A stretch of DNA of 64,000 nucleotides from Vicugna vicugna (taxonomy: Eukaryota), in NCBI GenBank assembly GCA_013265495.1, contig MU058337.1:4568716-4632715 (forward strand), read 5' to 3'. Of the stretch, positions 12,531-25,320 are shown one piece after another. Made by a program: the position numbers and the translations under genes. The first letter of the stretch is position 1, and every line of letters begins with the position of its first letter. The notes under the pieces were generated by a model. It did no database searches and was not told the DNA's origin. It saw only the letters and a list, made by a program, of their open reading frames with translations.

Positions 12531-15378
12531 ACTGTGCGACATTTAAAGCAGAGTATACAGTGGGAACTGGTTTGGCTAGGACATGAGAACATGAAGAATA
12601 GTGTTTCAAGGGAGAACAGAGTTCATCTCAGGAATCTTCTCAGACAGGTGTGGATGCTTAGCTAGGGGGCGTGGTCATCTTCCTCCTTGACATCGACTTC
12701 CAAAGATGATTGGACTCTTACCGTCTCCACTTTTCCTCAACTTACTATGCTTATATTACCTACAATTTATATAAACTTGCAGTGAGCACTTACATTTTCA
12801 TCTTGTACCGCTTCTTGAGGTAATAAGTGCACTAAATAACTAGCACTGCATGGAATGTCATTTTGTCTTAAAATTGTCTTCCTAATTTGTAAAGGATGTG
12901 GACAAGCTCTATCATTCCTTTTTAACTTGCTCCATCTCTGTGCATTAAATATTTTGACCTGAGATACTTCCATCTAAGCTAAAATGCGTGGGTTTATTTG
13001 CTCTGGAGAATTACAAGCAATGTATATTTTGGGTCAAGTAGTTTAATTATTTTACAGGTTAGTTTTCAAATCCGTAGAATGTTCCTAATAAAGTCCTCTG
13101 GTAATTGTATTCACGTGTAGTTTGTAAATTTGATCTGAAGAACACGATGCGCCTCGTTTTTAAACTTGTCATGAGCTGACAAAAGACATGATCCTGATCC
13201 CCCTTCAAAGCAGGTTTTTACACACAGTGCACCCTTTTGTTTTTTGTTAAGATTTTACTGTATGTGGTGTTAATTATAGCTGAGTAAAAGTGAAGCTAGG
13301 ATGGCTGAAGGTGCAAATGGATAATCGATCCATTATTTGAAAGTTTTATAGCTGTTTCTAATCTTTATAGCTCTTCAGCTTTGTTTTAAAAGACATCTAT
13401 AGTATTTTATATACTATAACATGTTCTTTCATTGTATTTTAGGGACCAGAAAAATTATAAATGTGGAAAAGTTAATTATTCTCCCTGAAGACTGCTTATT
13501 TTTTAACATAAAGTTAATTTTGGTTAATTTCTGTTTTAAACAGCTACAGCAGTTTCCCAGTGGAATTCTGTTTAGAATTTCAGCAAGTTAACCCATAAAG
13601 GGAGAGGATTTTTTTTCTTTTTTTACTCTCTCTAATTCAAAAGTGTAATATAAGAGGAGAATTTCACTGAGGTGTGAAGGGCTAAAAATGAAACATTATT
13701 AGGAACAGTCATTTGTAACTTTAACTAAACCACTGCATTTTCAGAGGCATGTCACTAACTTCACAATTCATCATATCTTTTTGCCTTAGGGAATCTGAGT
13801 AGTGGAAGAGCTGCCTTTTAGCTGGCATTAGAAAGAATGTAAAAGTGAAAACAGCAAGATGTATAGGAATGCAGAATTCCATGGTATTTTGAAATGATCA
13901 AAATGTGGAAAGAACTCGAAGTCTTAAAAATGATGAGAATATGGAGAGGAACATTAAGGTGCAATAATAGTTTATATGCTCTTCTGCTGCATGTGAGAGC
14001 ACAGTTTTGCATTATGGCTGCCATATATTAGGTGGTTATAAATCTTATCTGCATTGACTAATGAAAATTTTTCTAGAGTTTAACTGGTATTCATTGTAGA
14101 GTTGTACCTCAAGCATTTACAACATTTGAAAGAGGAAATTTTGTCATCTGAGTCCTTCTTTTCCATGCCTTCATTAAGGAGTTCCAATTTGTGTAAGTAA
14201 ATGTATTTTTGTGGCCTATGAAGAGAATGGTTTTGTGTTATGGAAGTAAAAACAAACATGAACCAAAATACACCTGTGTTTTCAAGTAGAGCAGTAAGAA
14301 CACGCACACATACACAGCATATTAACATGTAGATGCTCAAATCGGAAGCTGGACTGGGCCCTGGGAGCTCATGCATTCTCTCCACTGCACCCCTGGGGCC
14401 TTTGATAGCATCAGACTATGTATAGTCTGGCCTTGCAACAAAAAAGGATATGGTTAAAATTCTGGAAGTAAGGAAATCCTGTAAGTTTACCAGGTTATCC
14501 CCCTGATGTTGGAAAATCCTTCCAATTATGGTGGTGTCAATGTCTACCTAAGTATCAAAAGCTAATTGAAAATAAGCCTCAGTGAAGATCATAGACAGTC
14601 ATGGTGGAGAGATTGTTTCATATAATTGTTCATATAATTGATGTGTATACATGAAACATACATCAGTGAATATATTTTTGTTGATGATTCATATTTCAAC
14701 TGTTTATGAGAAATCACTATTAGAAGAAACCAAAGGTTTTAAAAATTAAATTATTTGCAAAGACAAACAACTCTCTAATTTTCCTTTGTATAAAGTTCGA
14801 GTTTTGTCCATTAGAAAGAAGATCTTCCTGATGTGACATATTCTATCGAAATAGAAACGGTTTGGTTGCTGTTGGTGAAAAATCTTTCACTTCTGATATC
14901 TCTGCTCATACAATTCTTTGGCATGTAATTGCTGGTATATTTAATTTATGCCTAACGATATCTAACTCTAGGGAATTAATCGTAAGATAATTTATTATTG
15001 CATTTTGTTGAATTAGTATGAACATTTTTTGTGATTTTTTATAAAAATTAATTTTAAGGAAGAGTTATAAATATATTCACATACATTTTATTTAAAGTGT
15101 GTTGTACAAAGTGTTCAGATGCTGAAGACATAAATGACAGTGGAAGATCTGCTATCAATAATAATACTTTTGTAACATCAGAGAGTAGAGCTACTTAAAA
15201 TTTTGTTCCTTCTGTAGAACACTCAGGTTTGTCTAAATTTGGGAGGAAGTGCAAATTGTGTTAATTCAGGTAGTGGGACTTCATACATTCTGTCTCACAT
15301 GAGAGGGGGCTTTTAAACTGGCTTTAAGCATGCATTTCCACTGTATTGAAACTCTCAACTTCCAGCCAGTGGTGTATC

Positions 15379-15490
15379 CAGTTGACCCTTGAATAACGTG
15401 GGTTTGAACTGTGTGGGTCCACTTATATTCAGATTTTTTAAATAGTGAATACTGAAGTACTACCGATCCATGGTTGGTTGATTCCTAGGC
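15379..15490. mobile_element. Tigger2/MER8-family (TcMar-Tigger) fragment with one TIR
   Basis: cagttgacccttgaataacgtgggtttgaactgtgtgggtccacttata is the Tigger2 terminus. Confidence 0.85.
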
Positions 15491-15494
15491 TGAG

Positions 15495-15720
15495 GGTTCA
15501 GCATTGGGAATGGTCCTGGCATTCAGATGGTTTTTGAAGCCTTGGGAATTGACAAGACCACTAAGGAAAGCACTTTAGATGAGAAGAGAAGGGGGGCTAT
15601 ACGTAGAACCCTAAATAACACCCATAGTGAACACCTGGATTGTGAAGGAGAGCCAGCAAAAGAGCTTGAGAGAGAATACACAGAAAGACAGAAAAGGAAG
15701 AAGTTCACTAGCAACCTAAG
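15495..15720 (-). mobile_element. L2 fragment
   Basis: agatggtttttgaagccttgggaattgacaagaccactaaggaaag...gagaagagaagggg...gaaccct resembles the internal L2 3' region. Confidence 0.6.
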
Positions 15721-16321
15721 TGTATTATTGCTCTTGCTTTCATGGGCTGTGTGTTATTTTTTCATATGAGTTAAATATACCAGGTATACTGCTTTTCTTT
15801 TTAGATATAATGTTTTTTGATTCCTTGTGAGCTGGACATTGAACTACAGCTGTTTTAGGCAAGACACTTTAGAATTTGGACCATACTTTCATGTGGAAGA
15901 GGAAGAAAGTAAATCTAAACTCTTCTGGTTCAGGACACCTTTCTTCCAGGACAGGAGAGACAGAGAAAGGTAGTGGGAAGGAGGTGGGGATTAGAGCAAT
16001 CAATTATAAGAGAGAATGTTTTGAGAGGAAAACTTTTATCTCCTAAAGATGCATGTTCTTCTACTTAACTATATCTTAAAAGAAGACCTAGATTATATGA
16101 TCACTGACAACTAATGATGGATTTGTCCTAATTATTAGGAAATGTAGATAATGTTTCTGAGCTATTATAACAACTTGTTTCCTTAGTAGTTAAAATTTCC
16201 CCATGTTTTCATCTGTAAATCATCTAATCCTGTAATTTTCTGTAGAATCCTATTGGTATTCCATAGTTATTTAAATTTGCAAATTAAATTACTGGATTAA
16301 AGTATTGGATATGTGTGTATA

Positions 16322-16538
16322 CAGTTTGACCCTTGAACAACACAGGGGTTAGACGTGGTGACCCTCCCTACAGTTGAAAACCAGGGTGTACCTTCTAGTT
16401 GGCCCCAGGTTCCTCCATAGTCCAGATTCTGCATCGATGCACTCAGCCAACCACAGTGCAGTAGTGTTTACTGTTGAAGAAAATGCCTGTTTAAGTGGAA
16501 CTGTGCAGTTGAAACCTGTGTTCTTCAAGGGTCAACTG
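16322..16538. mobile_element. Complete Tigger2-derived MITE (MER8/Tigger2a-like) with both TIRs and a TA TSD
   Basis: TA|cagtttgacccttgaacaacac ... gtgttcttcaagggtcaactg|TA. Confidence 0.9.
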
Positions 16539-16786
16539 TATATAGATACAGATATTCTGATCCTTTTGAGTATTTTATAAGGGCAAAAACTATTAATGTG
16601 TAGCTTTATTAAGTTTAAAAGTCTCAATAACACATTATAATATTTGGCAACATCCTCACCATATTCACACAATATGAGGTGTTTCCCCCTCACAAAAAAG
16701 CTGTGTTTTAAACATAAGCTTGCAGGTGGATTCCAGCACACATTTCCCCCATGGATAAGTGGGACTTGGATTCAAGCCTTGCCCAC

Positions 16787-17279
16787 TGTAGTGGTTTGAA
16801 ATATGTCCAAAAATTCTTTGATGCTTCCTTCAAATGGTGGAACCTAAGCCCCTTCCCTTTAGTGTGAGCTGGATTTAGACTTAACTTCTAAGGGATAGAA
16901 AAAAAAAAAAGCAGAAGTGACTGTGACTTCAGAGACTCAGTTATAAAAGGCAATGCAGCTCATTTTCTCCTGGATTACTTGCACTGAGGGAAGCCAGCTG
17001 CCTGTGGACACTCAGGCGGCCTATGGACAGGCTCACGTGGTGAGGAATGGAGGCTTCCTGCCAACAGCCTCTGAGTGTGCCATCTTGGAAGTGGGACTTC
17101 CAGTTCTTGTCAAGCCGTGAAAAGACACAGTCCTTTTTGATAACCTCATGAGGACCCTGAGCCAGACCACCCAGTTAAGCCATTCCTAGACTCCTGACCC
17201 ACAGAAATTGTCAGATACTGAATGTTTGTTGTTTTAAGCCACTAAATTTTCTAGTAATTTGTTACCCATAACTAATATA
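16787..17279 (+). mobile_element. ERVL-MaLR solo LTR, MLT1F-group
   Basis: tgtagtggtttgaaatatgtccaaaaattctttgat... to ...gacccacagaaattgtcagata..ttttaagccactaaattt..taatttgttac..taactaata. Confidence 0.88.
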
Positions 17280-18597
17280 TACATCAAAACCTTTTTAAAA
17301 CAGCTGAAATACTCTGAAGATGTCCAATGAAACACTATTTAAAATATAATTTTAAGCAAAATAGACATAGTAGAATTGTGTAAAAAGTAAAATTTGAATA
17401 CATTTTTGAGAGGAAAAAAAGCAGATCTTATTAGAGAAAGATGAAGAAGGAGATGGGACATTTTTGGGTTTTTTTTTTGTTTGTTTTTCAAGAGGAGTTC
17501 TGGGAACTTTCAGTAGCACTCTCAGATTTTTTAATTGGGTATAATTTTATTATATTTATGACTGTACTTTTACAAAATTTTACTAAAATCGTGGGTGTCT
17601 TGAGCACATATTGAAGAATTATAACGAGAGACTGAGAAGCGAAAGGAGGAATGGTCTTCTTGAGGCGAGAGTTGGCAGAGACGGGGGAAGGAAGAAGGGG
17701 GTGGAAGGGAAGAATGAGACAGAAGTAGAACCCCAGTGGCAGTTAGTGATGAGAAGTGGAAGGATGGAGAACACAGGGATACAGGCCCATTTGAGGAAGG
17801 ACAAGGTGGTGCTGATGCAGATGCTTCCACTCTAATAAGAGGAGAATCCTTGCTCCCTGAAGCAAGTTAGGTTGGAATGACCTTGAGTTTCAGGTGATGA
17901 GAGGGACGCAGTGGCGACTGAGCATTTATGTACAGAAAACTTGCTTACGAAGTTTGGCTGGATCTCACACCTCTCCGTACTTCAGTGTAGACTGTGTTAT
18001 TCCTACCTATCTTCCTGTAAATACCTACATCATTATTTTATGCCTGAATACCTCGATTGCTGTCAGTATATGCTTGTCAACTGGCTGATCGCTCCCTTCG
18101 TGTGTTCTGTATAAAGACCAGCATGATTTTTGCCACATTCCAAGAGGACTTTCTTTCCCAATAAGTTCTGCAATTTACCAAGACAGCAGTGTAAGTTAAC
18201 TATATGATATAGAGAAACAGAGCTGATTGAAAATGAGAGATGTCAGAATTTCTTCCCCGGGCTAGGAGTGCAGAGAGATGAATCTGTCTTGCACCATGTG
18301 GGCTCAGAGGATAATTTCTGTAATGCCTATAGCTTTTTTCTTTAAGCCCTTTGGAGAAGTGAATTTTTGTGGTTGCTTCTGGTAGCATTTGGGGGAAGAC
18401 TTTGGGTTCAGATGAAAAGGACTGCTGACAGCTTAAATCTTCTGCTGCATGCTGTCACATAGGGCTTTGGTGAATGTGGTATAAACTCATTGCTAATGAG
18501 TATTTTCTCAAGCGTGTGTTTTTAATGTTCCATATTCCGTATTCATTCTTGTCTTCATTCTCTTCTCAGGTTTGTATCTGAAAACAGCAGGTCACAG

Positions 18598-18656
18598 TTA
18601 TATATGTATATGTATATCTGTATGTATATGTGTATGTATATGTACATGTGTGTATG

Positions 18657-18708
<52 letters not shown>
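18598..18708. repeat. (TATATG)n / (TA,TG) compound microsatellite
   Basis: Tandem tatatg units, perfect from about 18660. Confidence 0.95.
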
Positions 18709-18709
<1 letters not shown>

Positions 18710-19176
18710 TTATCTCCTCAGTATCACTTAGTATTCACTGTGAGGGAGGAAAGTACAGTCTATTACTTCTATGGGACTGATGATTAGTGGAAGTACTATT
18801 TTTAAAATACTTTATAGGTTTATTGCACCAACATTTCCCATGGGGTACTTAGAATTTATCCTACTTTAACCTAAACCCATGGGTTCATAACGTGCTATAT
18901 TTAGGAAAAACTAAGGAATCAAACATGTTCAGGGTTTTTAACTTTACTCCTAGAAAAATCAACTCTCATTTTCCTGGCTTTGAAATTTCTGTTCATAAAA
19001 AGAAAAAAATAAAACTGTTTCTGTAGAGATATGCATTCTGTATTATCTTTGTGGAATGAAAATTTGACCTCTGAGGCCACCTACAAACCCAACTTCCCAG
19101 GTAACTACCCTGACTTGGCGGGTAGAGGGCCTCTCCTTAAGTTTCATGGTATCTTTATGGCTGTTAGCTTCCTGAG

Positions 19177-19347
19177 TAGTGGTTCCCAAATTTGAGTGTG
19201 CCTCAGAATCACCTGGAGGGTTTATCAAATCACAGATTATTGGGCCCCCAGAGTTACTAATTCAGTAGGTCGAGGGACTTTTACATTTCTAACAAGTTCC
19301 CAGATGCTGCTGCATCGTGAAGAGACCAGATTTTGGAAACAAATTTT
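19177..19347. mobile_element. MER5A (hAT-Charlie)
   Basis: agtggttcccaaatttgagtgtgcctcagaatcacctggagggttt...gggcccccc..ttcagtagg...catttctaacaagttcccagatgctgctg. Confidence 0.9.
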
Positions 19348-19699
19348 CTAGAATAAACTGTCTTTAGCATTATCTGGTGTTAGATCTTTCTTGATTACCT
19401 TTGTCACTTTCTTTATGCTCAGGCTTGCTACCTTTAGATGATCTTGTTCATAATTTGCTATTTCTATTTAATCTTTGCATTGTTTCCTTCCTGTGGTTGT
19501 TAATTGTCTTCCTTAATTCACATTCTGCACGGAGGGATGAAGGGAAAATGCTTCCTTTTCCCTTTACTTCTCTCACTGGGCCTGTTTTTTTTTTCTTTGC
19601 TTCCAACCTGTGAGACTCAGTTTCCCTCATGCTACATTCTGTACCATCTCCCAGGGTTGCCCATCTTTCAAGACATCCGTGCCTTAAGGATGGGTTATG

Positions 19700-20160
19700 A
19701 ACATACATCACAGTTGTCAAAAACTGGGATCACTCAGCATTTGATATGCTATTTTGACTATAGTAACACATTTTTAGGAAATATCTGACTTTTAGATCCT
19801 TTTCTAAGCTGTAAGTGATTTCCTGGAACTCATCTTTCTACAAGGGGCTTTTGAATTATTTTGCATAAATGTATAATTTTGCACTTGCCCACATCAAAGC
19901 TTATCTGTGAATTTCCTGCCCACTCACACATATTCATGAGATGCTCCTATCAGATTGCATTTTATTACCCGGTAAAGATTACTTAGGGTCACAGGCATTC
20001 TTCGAGGTATCACTGTAACCTGTCCTTTTTTAGTCACTAGGCTGTTTTGTATTTTTAAATAGATACAGATTGGCCTTCAGAAGACCATCACTGTTTATAT
20101 TTTATAGCTGAATTCCCTTTGCTGCATGTTGATAACAAATTCCCTGTCCATGAGAAGCAA
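19700..20160 (-). mobile_element. Ancient CR1-clade LINE relic (L3b/Plat_L3/CR1_Mam-like), RT C-terminal part
   Basis: The minus-strand translation from 19931 gives MCEWAGNSQISFDVGKCKIIHL, matching the CR1 motif 'EWA..WQMKFNVDKCKVMHL'. EKDL (gaaaaggatcta) follows downstream. Confidence 0.7.
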
Positions 20161-20171
20161 TCACAGGATCC

Positions 20172-20722
20172 TGTATGAGAGGCAAATTCTTTTCCTCTGC
20201 CCTTCTGAGTTCTTAGCTGAGACCCCTGTAAGAAAAGACTGATGAACAGGAGAATGACAGTCGAGTCTATTAACACGTATGCCTCGAATATACATGGGAG
20301 ACACCCGGGGAGAAGTGAGTGACTCCCAGAGGTGGATCAGAACTCAGACTTAAATACCATCTTAACAGGGAAAGGGGAGAAGGGATGTAGGCCTTTTAGG
20401 GAAGACTGAATGATTTTTAGGGAAGATGAATGGGTCCTCAGAAGAATAGGTTGGGGGTGTGATACTTTGTGACAAAGTTTGGCTGGGCGGAGTGTAGACT
20501 TTTAGTCTCCTCTCCTGTGACAAGAATCAGTCCTCTCTGGTTGGTGAAATTCCAGGGGAGGGGTTTTATAACCATTGAGTTCCTTTCGGAAAATCTGTCT
20601 TTAAGCAGATAAAGGACTTCAGCGAAAAATGCTCTTTGCATTTGTTGTTTTTCAAGTGCCTACAGCTCAAAATAATAAACCGAAGTGGCATATTTTGGGG
20701 TGGCATATTCTACTGCCCTTCA
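20172..20722 (-). mobile_element. ERV1-class solo LTR, MER41-like
   Basis: tttcctctgcccttctgagttcttagctgagacccctg... ending cagctcaaaataataaaccgaagtggcatattttggggtggcatattct..ccttca. No clean TSD. Confidence 0.82.
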
Positions 20723-21029
20723 ATGTTACTCCAATTTGGGGTCAAAAGTAGACTGTTCCCCATAGTGCCGCCTGGTTTCCTGGACCTGATTCTACTTAAG
20801 TAGCTGACCCCAGTGAATCATTGTAACTTGACCGTCCTGTCACTCTGGATCTCACCACGTGCTGGTTTTAGGTGTGTTTCATGGCCGGGGGGCAGTTTGG
20901 ATTCTAGCATCGCCAGAAACTATGCTCCTTAAGCAGCAGTGAGAGAGGATGTCCGTGATTTCTGCAACAGGCCCTGCACATACTCTGCAGCCGCCTTCCA
21001 CTCTTGTGCAGCTCAGCCCCTTCCTTGCC

Positions 21030-21245
21030 AAGCCAACTCCTGCTCATCCTTCTGAAGTCAGCTCACATGTCACCTCCTTTCCGTGACACCCAGGCCAAGC
21101 TGCCCTGGAGAATCTGCTGTCCTTCAGGACACTTTGCACAGTATAATTATATAATTGTTTGTAATAATACAATGTATAACCCACTCATCTGTGAGTTCTC
21201 TAAGCGCCTGGTGCCTAGAAGGACCTCCATATTTAATGACTAATG
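21030..21245 (+). mobile_element. L2 3' fragment
   Basis: aactcctgctcatccttctgaagtcagctcacatgtcacctcc...ctgtgagttctctaag..cctggtgcctag. Confidence 0.6.
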
Positions 21246-21399
21246 GTTCCTTCATCCTGTCTACTCCCTAGAATAGTGTTAAAAAAAAAAAAAGAACAAA
21301 AATGAACCCTGCTTCTAAACTTTCCCATTTGACTGTCCGTGATCACATGGCTCCACTTCGTTTCCCCCACTTTGTTTTTATTCTGTAAGCTCTGCTCAG

Positions 21400-22740
21400 A
21401 GAGCTCAATTCCTTAGCTTTTGTTCACTGAATGTGGTCTTCAGACCTCCTACCATCCTGGCTACCCACTTTAGGATGTTCTGGGTATCACCACAAAACAC
21501 ATGGAAGTGTTCCTTTCCTCATTCAAACATGGTCCTTCTCTTAATACACATCAGGACCATTCTAGTGATTGCAGCACTTGAGTCACACTGCTGACAAATG
21601 CTGAAATTCTCATCACGGTAGTGCCACAGCTATTCACACGATGTGTTTAAATAATACAAGCAATACAAGCGACTGTGAAAAACTAGAAATTTCAGGTGGA
21701 AAAGAATAATAATTTAAAATCACCAAATAATTCTATCACCCAGAAACATCCAGTGTTAAAATTTTATAACCTTAAAGACTTTTCCCATGAGCTATTTATA
21801 TTGACATAAGTACATATTATATGTGTGTATGTGTGTATCATGAACTCACATGTTCATCCTATATGTATTTATGTGGCTCTGTACTCTGTCATATACTATG
21901 ATGTCTCTTCATGTCACTGAATATTTTTTGGTTCTGTCTTGGGAAGCAATGTGTATAGTAGTTGAATCCAGGCTTCGAGTTCAGGGACCTGGGCTCTGCA
22001 TCCCATTACCACTTACTTACTATATTGCCTTGGGTAGATTACTTGTCCTTTCTAAATTTCAGTTATATAGTCGTATAACATTCTGTTCTCAATAATTATA
22101 TAGTTCACATAGCTAGACAGATTCTATTTTATGGATAATAGCAATTTACAGCATCTTTAGATTAGGTTCCCCCCATCCTACAATTTGATTTTTGAATCCT
22201 AAAGTTGGATTTCATATTTTTGTACTTGTTAAACTTTATCTTGTTGATTTCAACCCAATATTTCAGGCTTTGGAATAATTTAGAAATACTTTTCAATCCT
22301 TGTATCATGATCTGTATGTCATATATATATTTGATAATCAAGTATTTAATCCAATTTACAGATAAAAGTGTTAAACATGGTAAATGTAGTAGAGGACTGT
22401 GTTCCATCATTGTCACCAGTACAGTAGCCACCTCCACACCTCCCATTGTCCTAGGGCTGTTAATCCACTAATCAAGATACTTTGGCTAAGGTCATTGAGT
22501 GTTGAATCAATCCAACTGATTGGTATATTCCTGATCAATTTCCCTCTCGGGTCCCAAGGAAGGGTGAGAGAAATCCTGCCAGGAGCCCTGATTGAATAAG
22601 AATATATTATCTTTGCATGAATAGGAATTTATTACCTTTGTGGGATTCTCACAATCTACCTCTCCAGTAAGAGTTTCATAAAAGTAAATAAGGTTAGATT
22701 AGTCTGATGAATTTTTAGTGAATTCATACTGGCTCCTGGA
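21400..22740 (-). mobile_element. L3 (CR1) LINE relic, interrupted by an old L1 fragment (~21650-21930) and a MIR (~21945-22070)
   Basis: ORF 22162-22446 contains QSLKYWVEINKIKFNKYK (CR1 RT 'DRLE.WAE.N.MKFNKDKC'). cagacctcctaccatcctggctaccc and aaataaggttagattagtctga..ttagtgaattcatactggctcc are L3-like blocks. Confidence 0.72.
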
Positions 22741-23464
22741 AATTTTAAAATTTTTATTAATAATATAGGAGCCATGGACATATGCTTTAAAACATTAATA
22801 CCTCTGGAAACGGAAAATCTATGGTGACAAATCCATATCAACAGAAAAATATTAGATAGATCCAGTCCAGCTTTGCACTTTAGAAAGAAATAGGGAGAAA
22901 GATATGCTTTAAAGGGAGAATGTAAAGAATGGAAAAAAAAAGTTGGAGAATGGAGATGATTTTTATTTGCTTCACGGTTTTTTTTGGCATGGCACTTCAT
23001 GTTAAAATAAGAAGGAAAGGACATGCCAAAGGAGTGCCATGCTTAATAAAGTCACCATAGCACTAGATACATACGGATAAATGCTGCCCAAACATATAAT
23101 AAAGTATATGTATTTACTACTTCTTACTCACTTGGGGTGTTTCACTCTATGCATAATAATGATTATTATTAAAATAACATAATACTTTAAAATAATATTG
23201 TGGTTATACCCTCAAAAGCACTCTTTCATGATCTTTTTGAGTCCTTCAATTTACCTCGTTATGTCGTTAGGGTATCTCTCAAAAGGGAAAAGAGGCAAAG
23301 ACCAAATGACTTTCCCCAGAGGTTCACAGTAAGTCATTAGTGAAATTAAAGCCATAAACCAAAGCTTATATTAGCAGGATCCTCCCCTGGAATTCAGTAA
23401 GATTTCCTCTCATTCTGTTCTGAGAGAGTGAGTCAGGCTTCAAGTAGTTGGTTCTAGAAGCACA

Positions 23465-23875
23465 TCCAGGACCCAGCCCTCACCTACTTCCACAGCCTCA
23501 TGTCCCATAGCTCCTCTTTCTGCATCTCACGTTCCAGGAACACTAAGCTGCCAGTGGTTTTTCCCCCGACGCCAGTGCTGCACGCCTCTGTGTCTTAGGC
23601 AGTATAGGTCCATCTAAGCACAGAGCCTTTCCTACCTTTCTACACCTGGAGGATTCCTACGCCTGTATGAAACTTTAACTCCTCTCTTTCTCATTGCCTT
23701 CTTTGAACCTCCAGCAAGGCTCTTGTGTGGCTCTCCTGGCACTTGACATCGTACGGGACTTGATGTTGCAATTATCTCTTTATGTGCCTCTTCTCTACTT
23801 TGCTATAAATTCTTTGTGCATCCAGAACCTGACATGCTTAAATCAGTGAGTGCTCAAATATTGTTAAAGTGGCTA
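23465..23875 (+). mobile_element. L2 3' fragment
   Basis: cagccctcacctacttccacagcctcat...cacctggaggattcctac...ccagaacctgacatgc..agtgctcaaatattgttaa. Confidence 0.65.
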
Positions 23876-24864
23876 AACTGGCAGTTTGTCTTTACCCAGT
23901 TGGGTGTGAGAGTAAGTCTGAGTCAACGAATGAATTAATACTCTTAGACCACATTCTTTTTAGAAAGAAATTTAATTTGATTTTTAAAAATACAATTTTC
24001 AAATGACTGCTCTAAATATCCATTATTTCTGTTGTTACACATCTAAGTAGTGTTTTTTCCAAGTGGGCAGAACAGGAGTATTTTTTATCCAGAAGCAGCA
24101 TGTGTTACATCTCAGTGGCTGTGGGTTTGGGAAGGTTCTTTAAGGGAGCAGTTCTGTTTTCATTCATGTTCCCTAAGAGGTTGGAGGAATCTTTACCAGA
24201 AATTGTAGCATTTTGACAGTATCTATCTTTTTAAAGCATTCTGACATCCAAGTGATTTGATTAATTTAGTTTTTAATAGATATGAGGGAATTTAGAAATA
24301 TTATACCCACAGGATAATTTATTCATGGAGGATCATTTTATAAGTGATGAATCTCATTTCTTCTTTTCTGGTAGAAATAGAAAAAAGTGGATTGCAGCTG
24401 CTAACTTAATAATTTTACTGATAACTAAGAATGAAACAGATCTTGCTGTGAATTATATAATCAGCTTAAAAAGCACTTCATATTCATTCTGTGACAGTGT
24501 ATGAAAAACGCAAGGCAAAGAATATGATTATTAGAATTTTTTCCCTGCAAAAGCTTACTGACGTTGTGTTCAACAGTATAGTCAGAGAAAGACTGAGTTA
24601 GAATGATCAAATAGCCACTCAAGGAATGTATCTTAATGTCAGCCGTAAGTGGCTTTTCTTTTTCCAGCTAAATAAATCTAACAGGATATTAAAAAACGTA
24701 TTAACCTTCAAGATATGTTTAGATTCTGCTATGCTTCTAAAGAGGCAATATGAGAATATGAGAGATATGTTTAATAGAAGATTTGACCCATGAAATTTTT
24801 AGAAAGGGGTCACTTAAATTTAGTTTGAAAGCCAACTCTCTCGCATGTGACTCTCTAATGTCAC

Positions 24865-25320
24865 ACCCCTCCAGTCCATTCTTCCCACAGCTGGTGCAGT
24901 TATCTTTCTAAAGGCAAATCTGATTATGTGTTTCATCTGTTGATGAGTCTAGACGTGGTCAGTGGTGGAATCTAGACATGTTAGCTTGGCAGACTAGGTC
25001 CTCCCTAAGCAGGTTGTTGCAATAACTGCCCTTGAAATCTATGCTTGAAGTGTAAGGATCAACTCCCAGTGCCCAGAACACCTCAACCACTGACTGTTTA
25101 TTATTATGCATCCATCTCTGTCAGTCTGGAATGGATGCTCTCTGTCTACTCCCCCAGGGGAATTGATCACACTCTCCTTTGCACCCATAATATCCCTCTA
25201 CACCACTGTTTTTTCAAGCCACTCTTAACATTTTGTCTATGCAATTACCCTTCTCTGTTAGACTCTAAGCTTTTATTATCTCTGCGTGGTACTTGCTTGA
25301 ATAGATTTATGAATGGATTC
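24865..25320 (+). mobile_element. L2 fragments
   Basis: ctccagtccattcttcccacagctg..atctttctaaaggcaaatctgattatgt is a hallmark L2 block. Confidence 0.6.

Noticed and set aside
20172..20722. Interferon-responsive GAS sites in the MER41-like LTR
   Set aside because: No intact TTCNNNGAA was found by eye, only near-misses such as ttccagggga.
10637..20722. The two ERV1-like LTRs as the paired ends of one provirus
   Set aside because: The first has its own TSD, their interiors differ, and the intervening DNA has no gag/pol/env.
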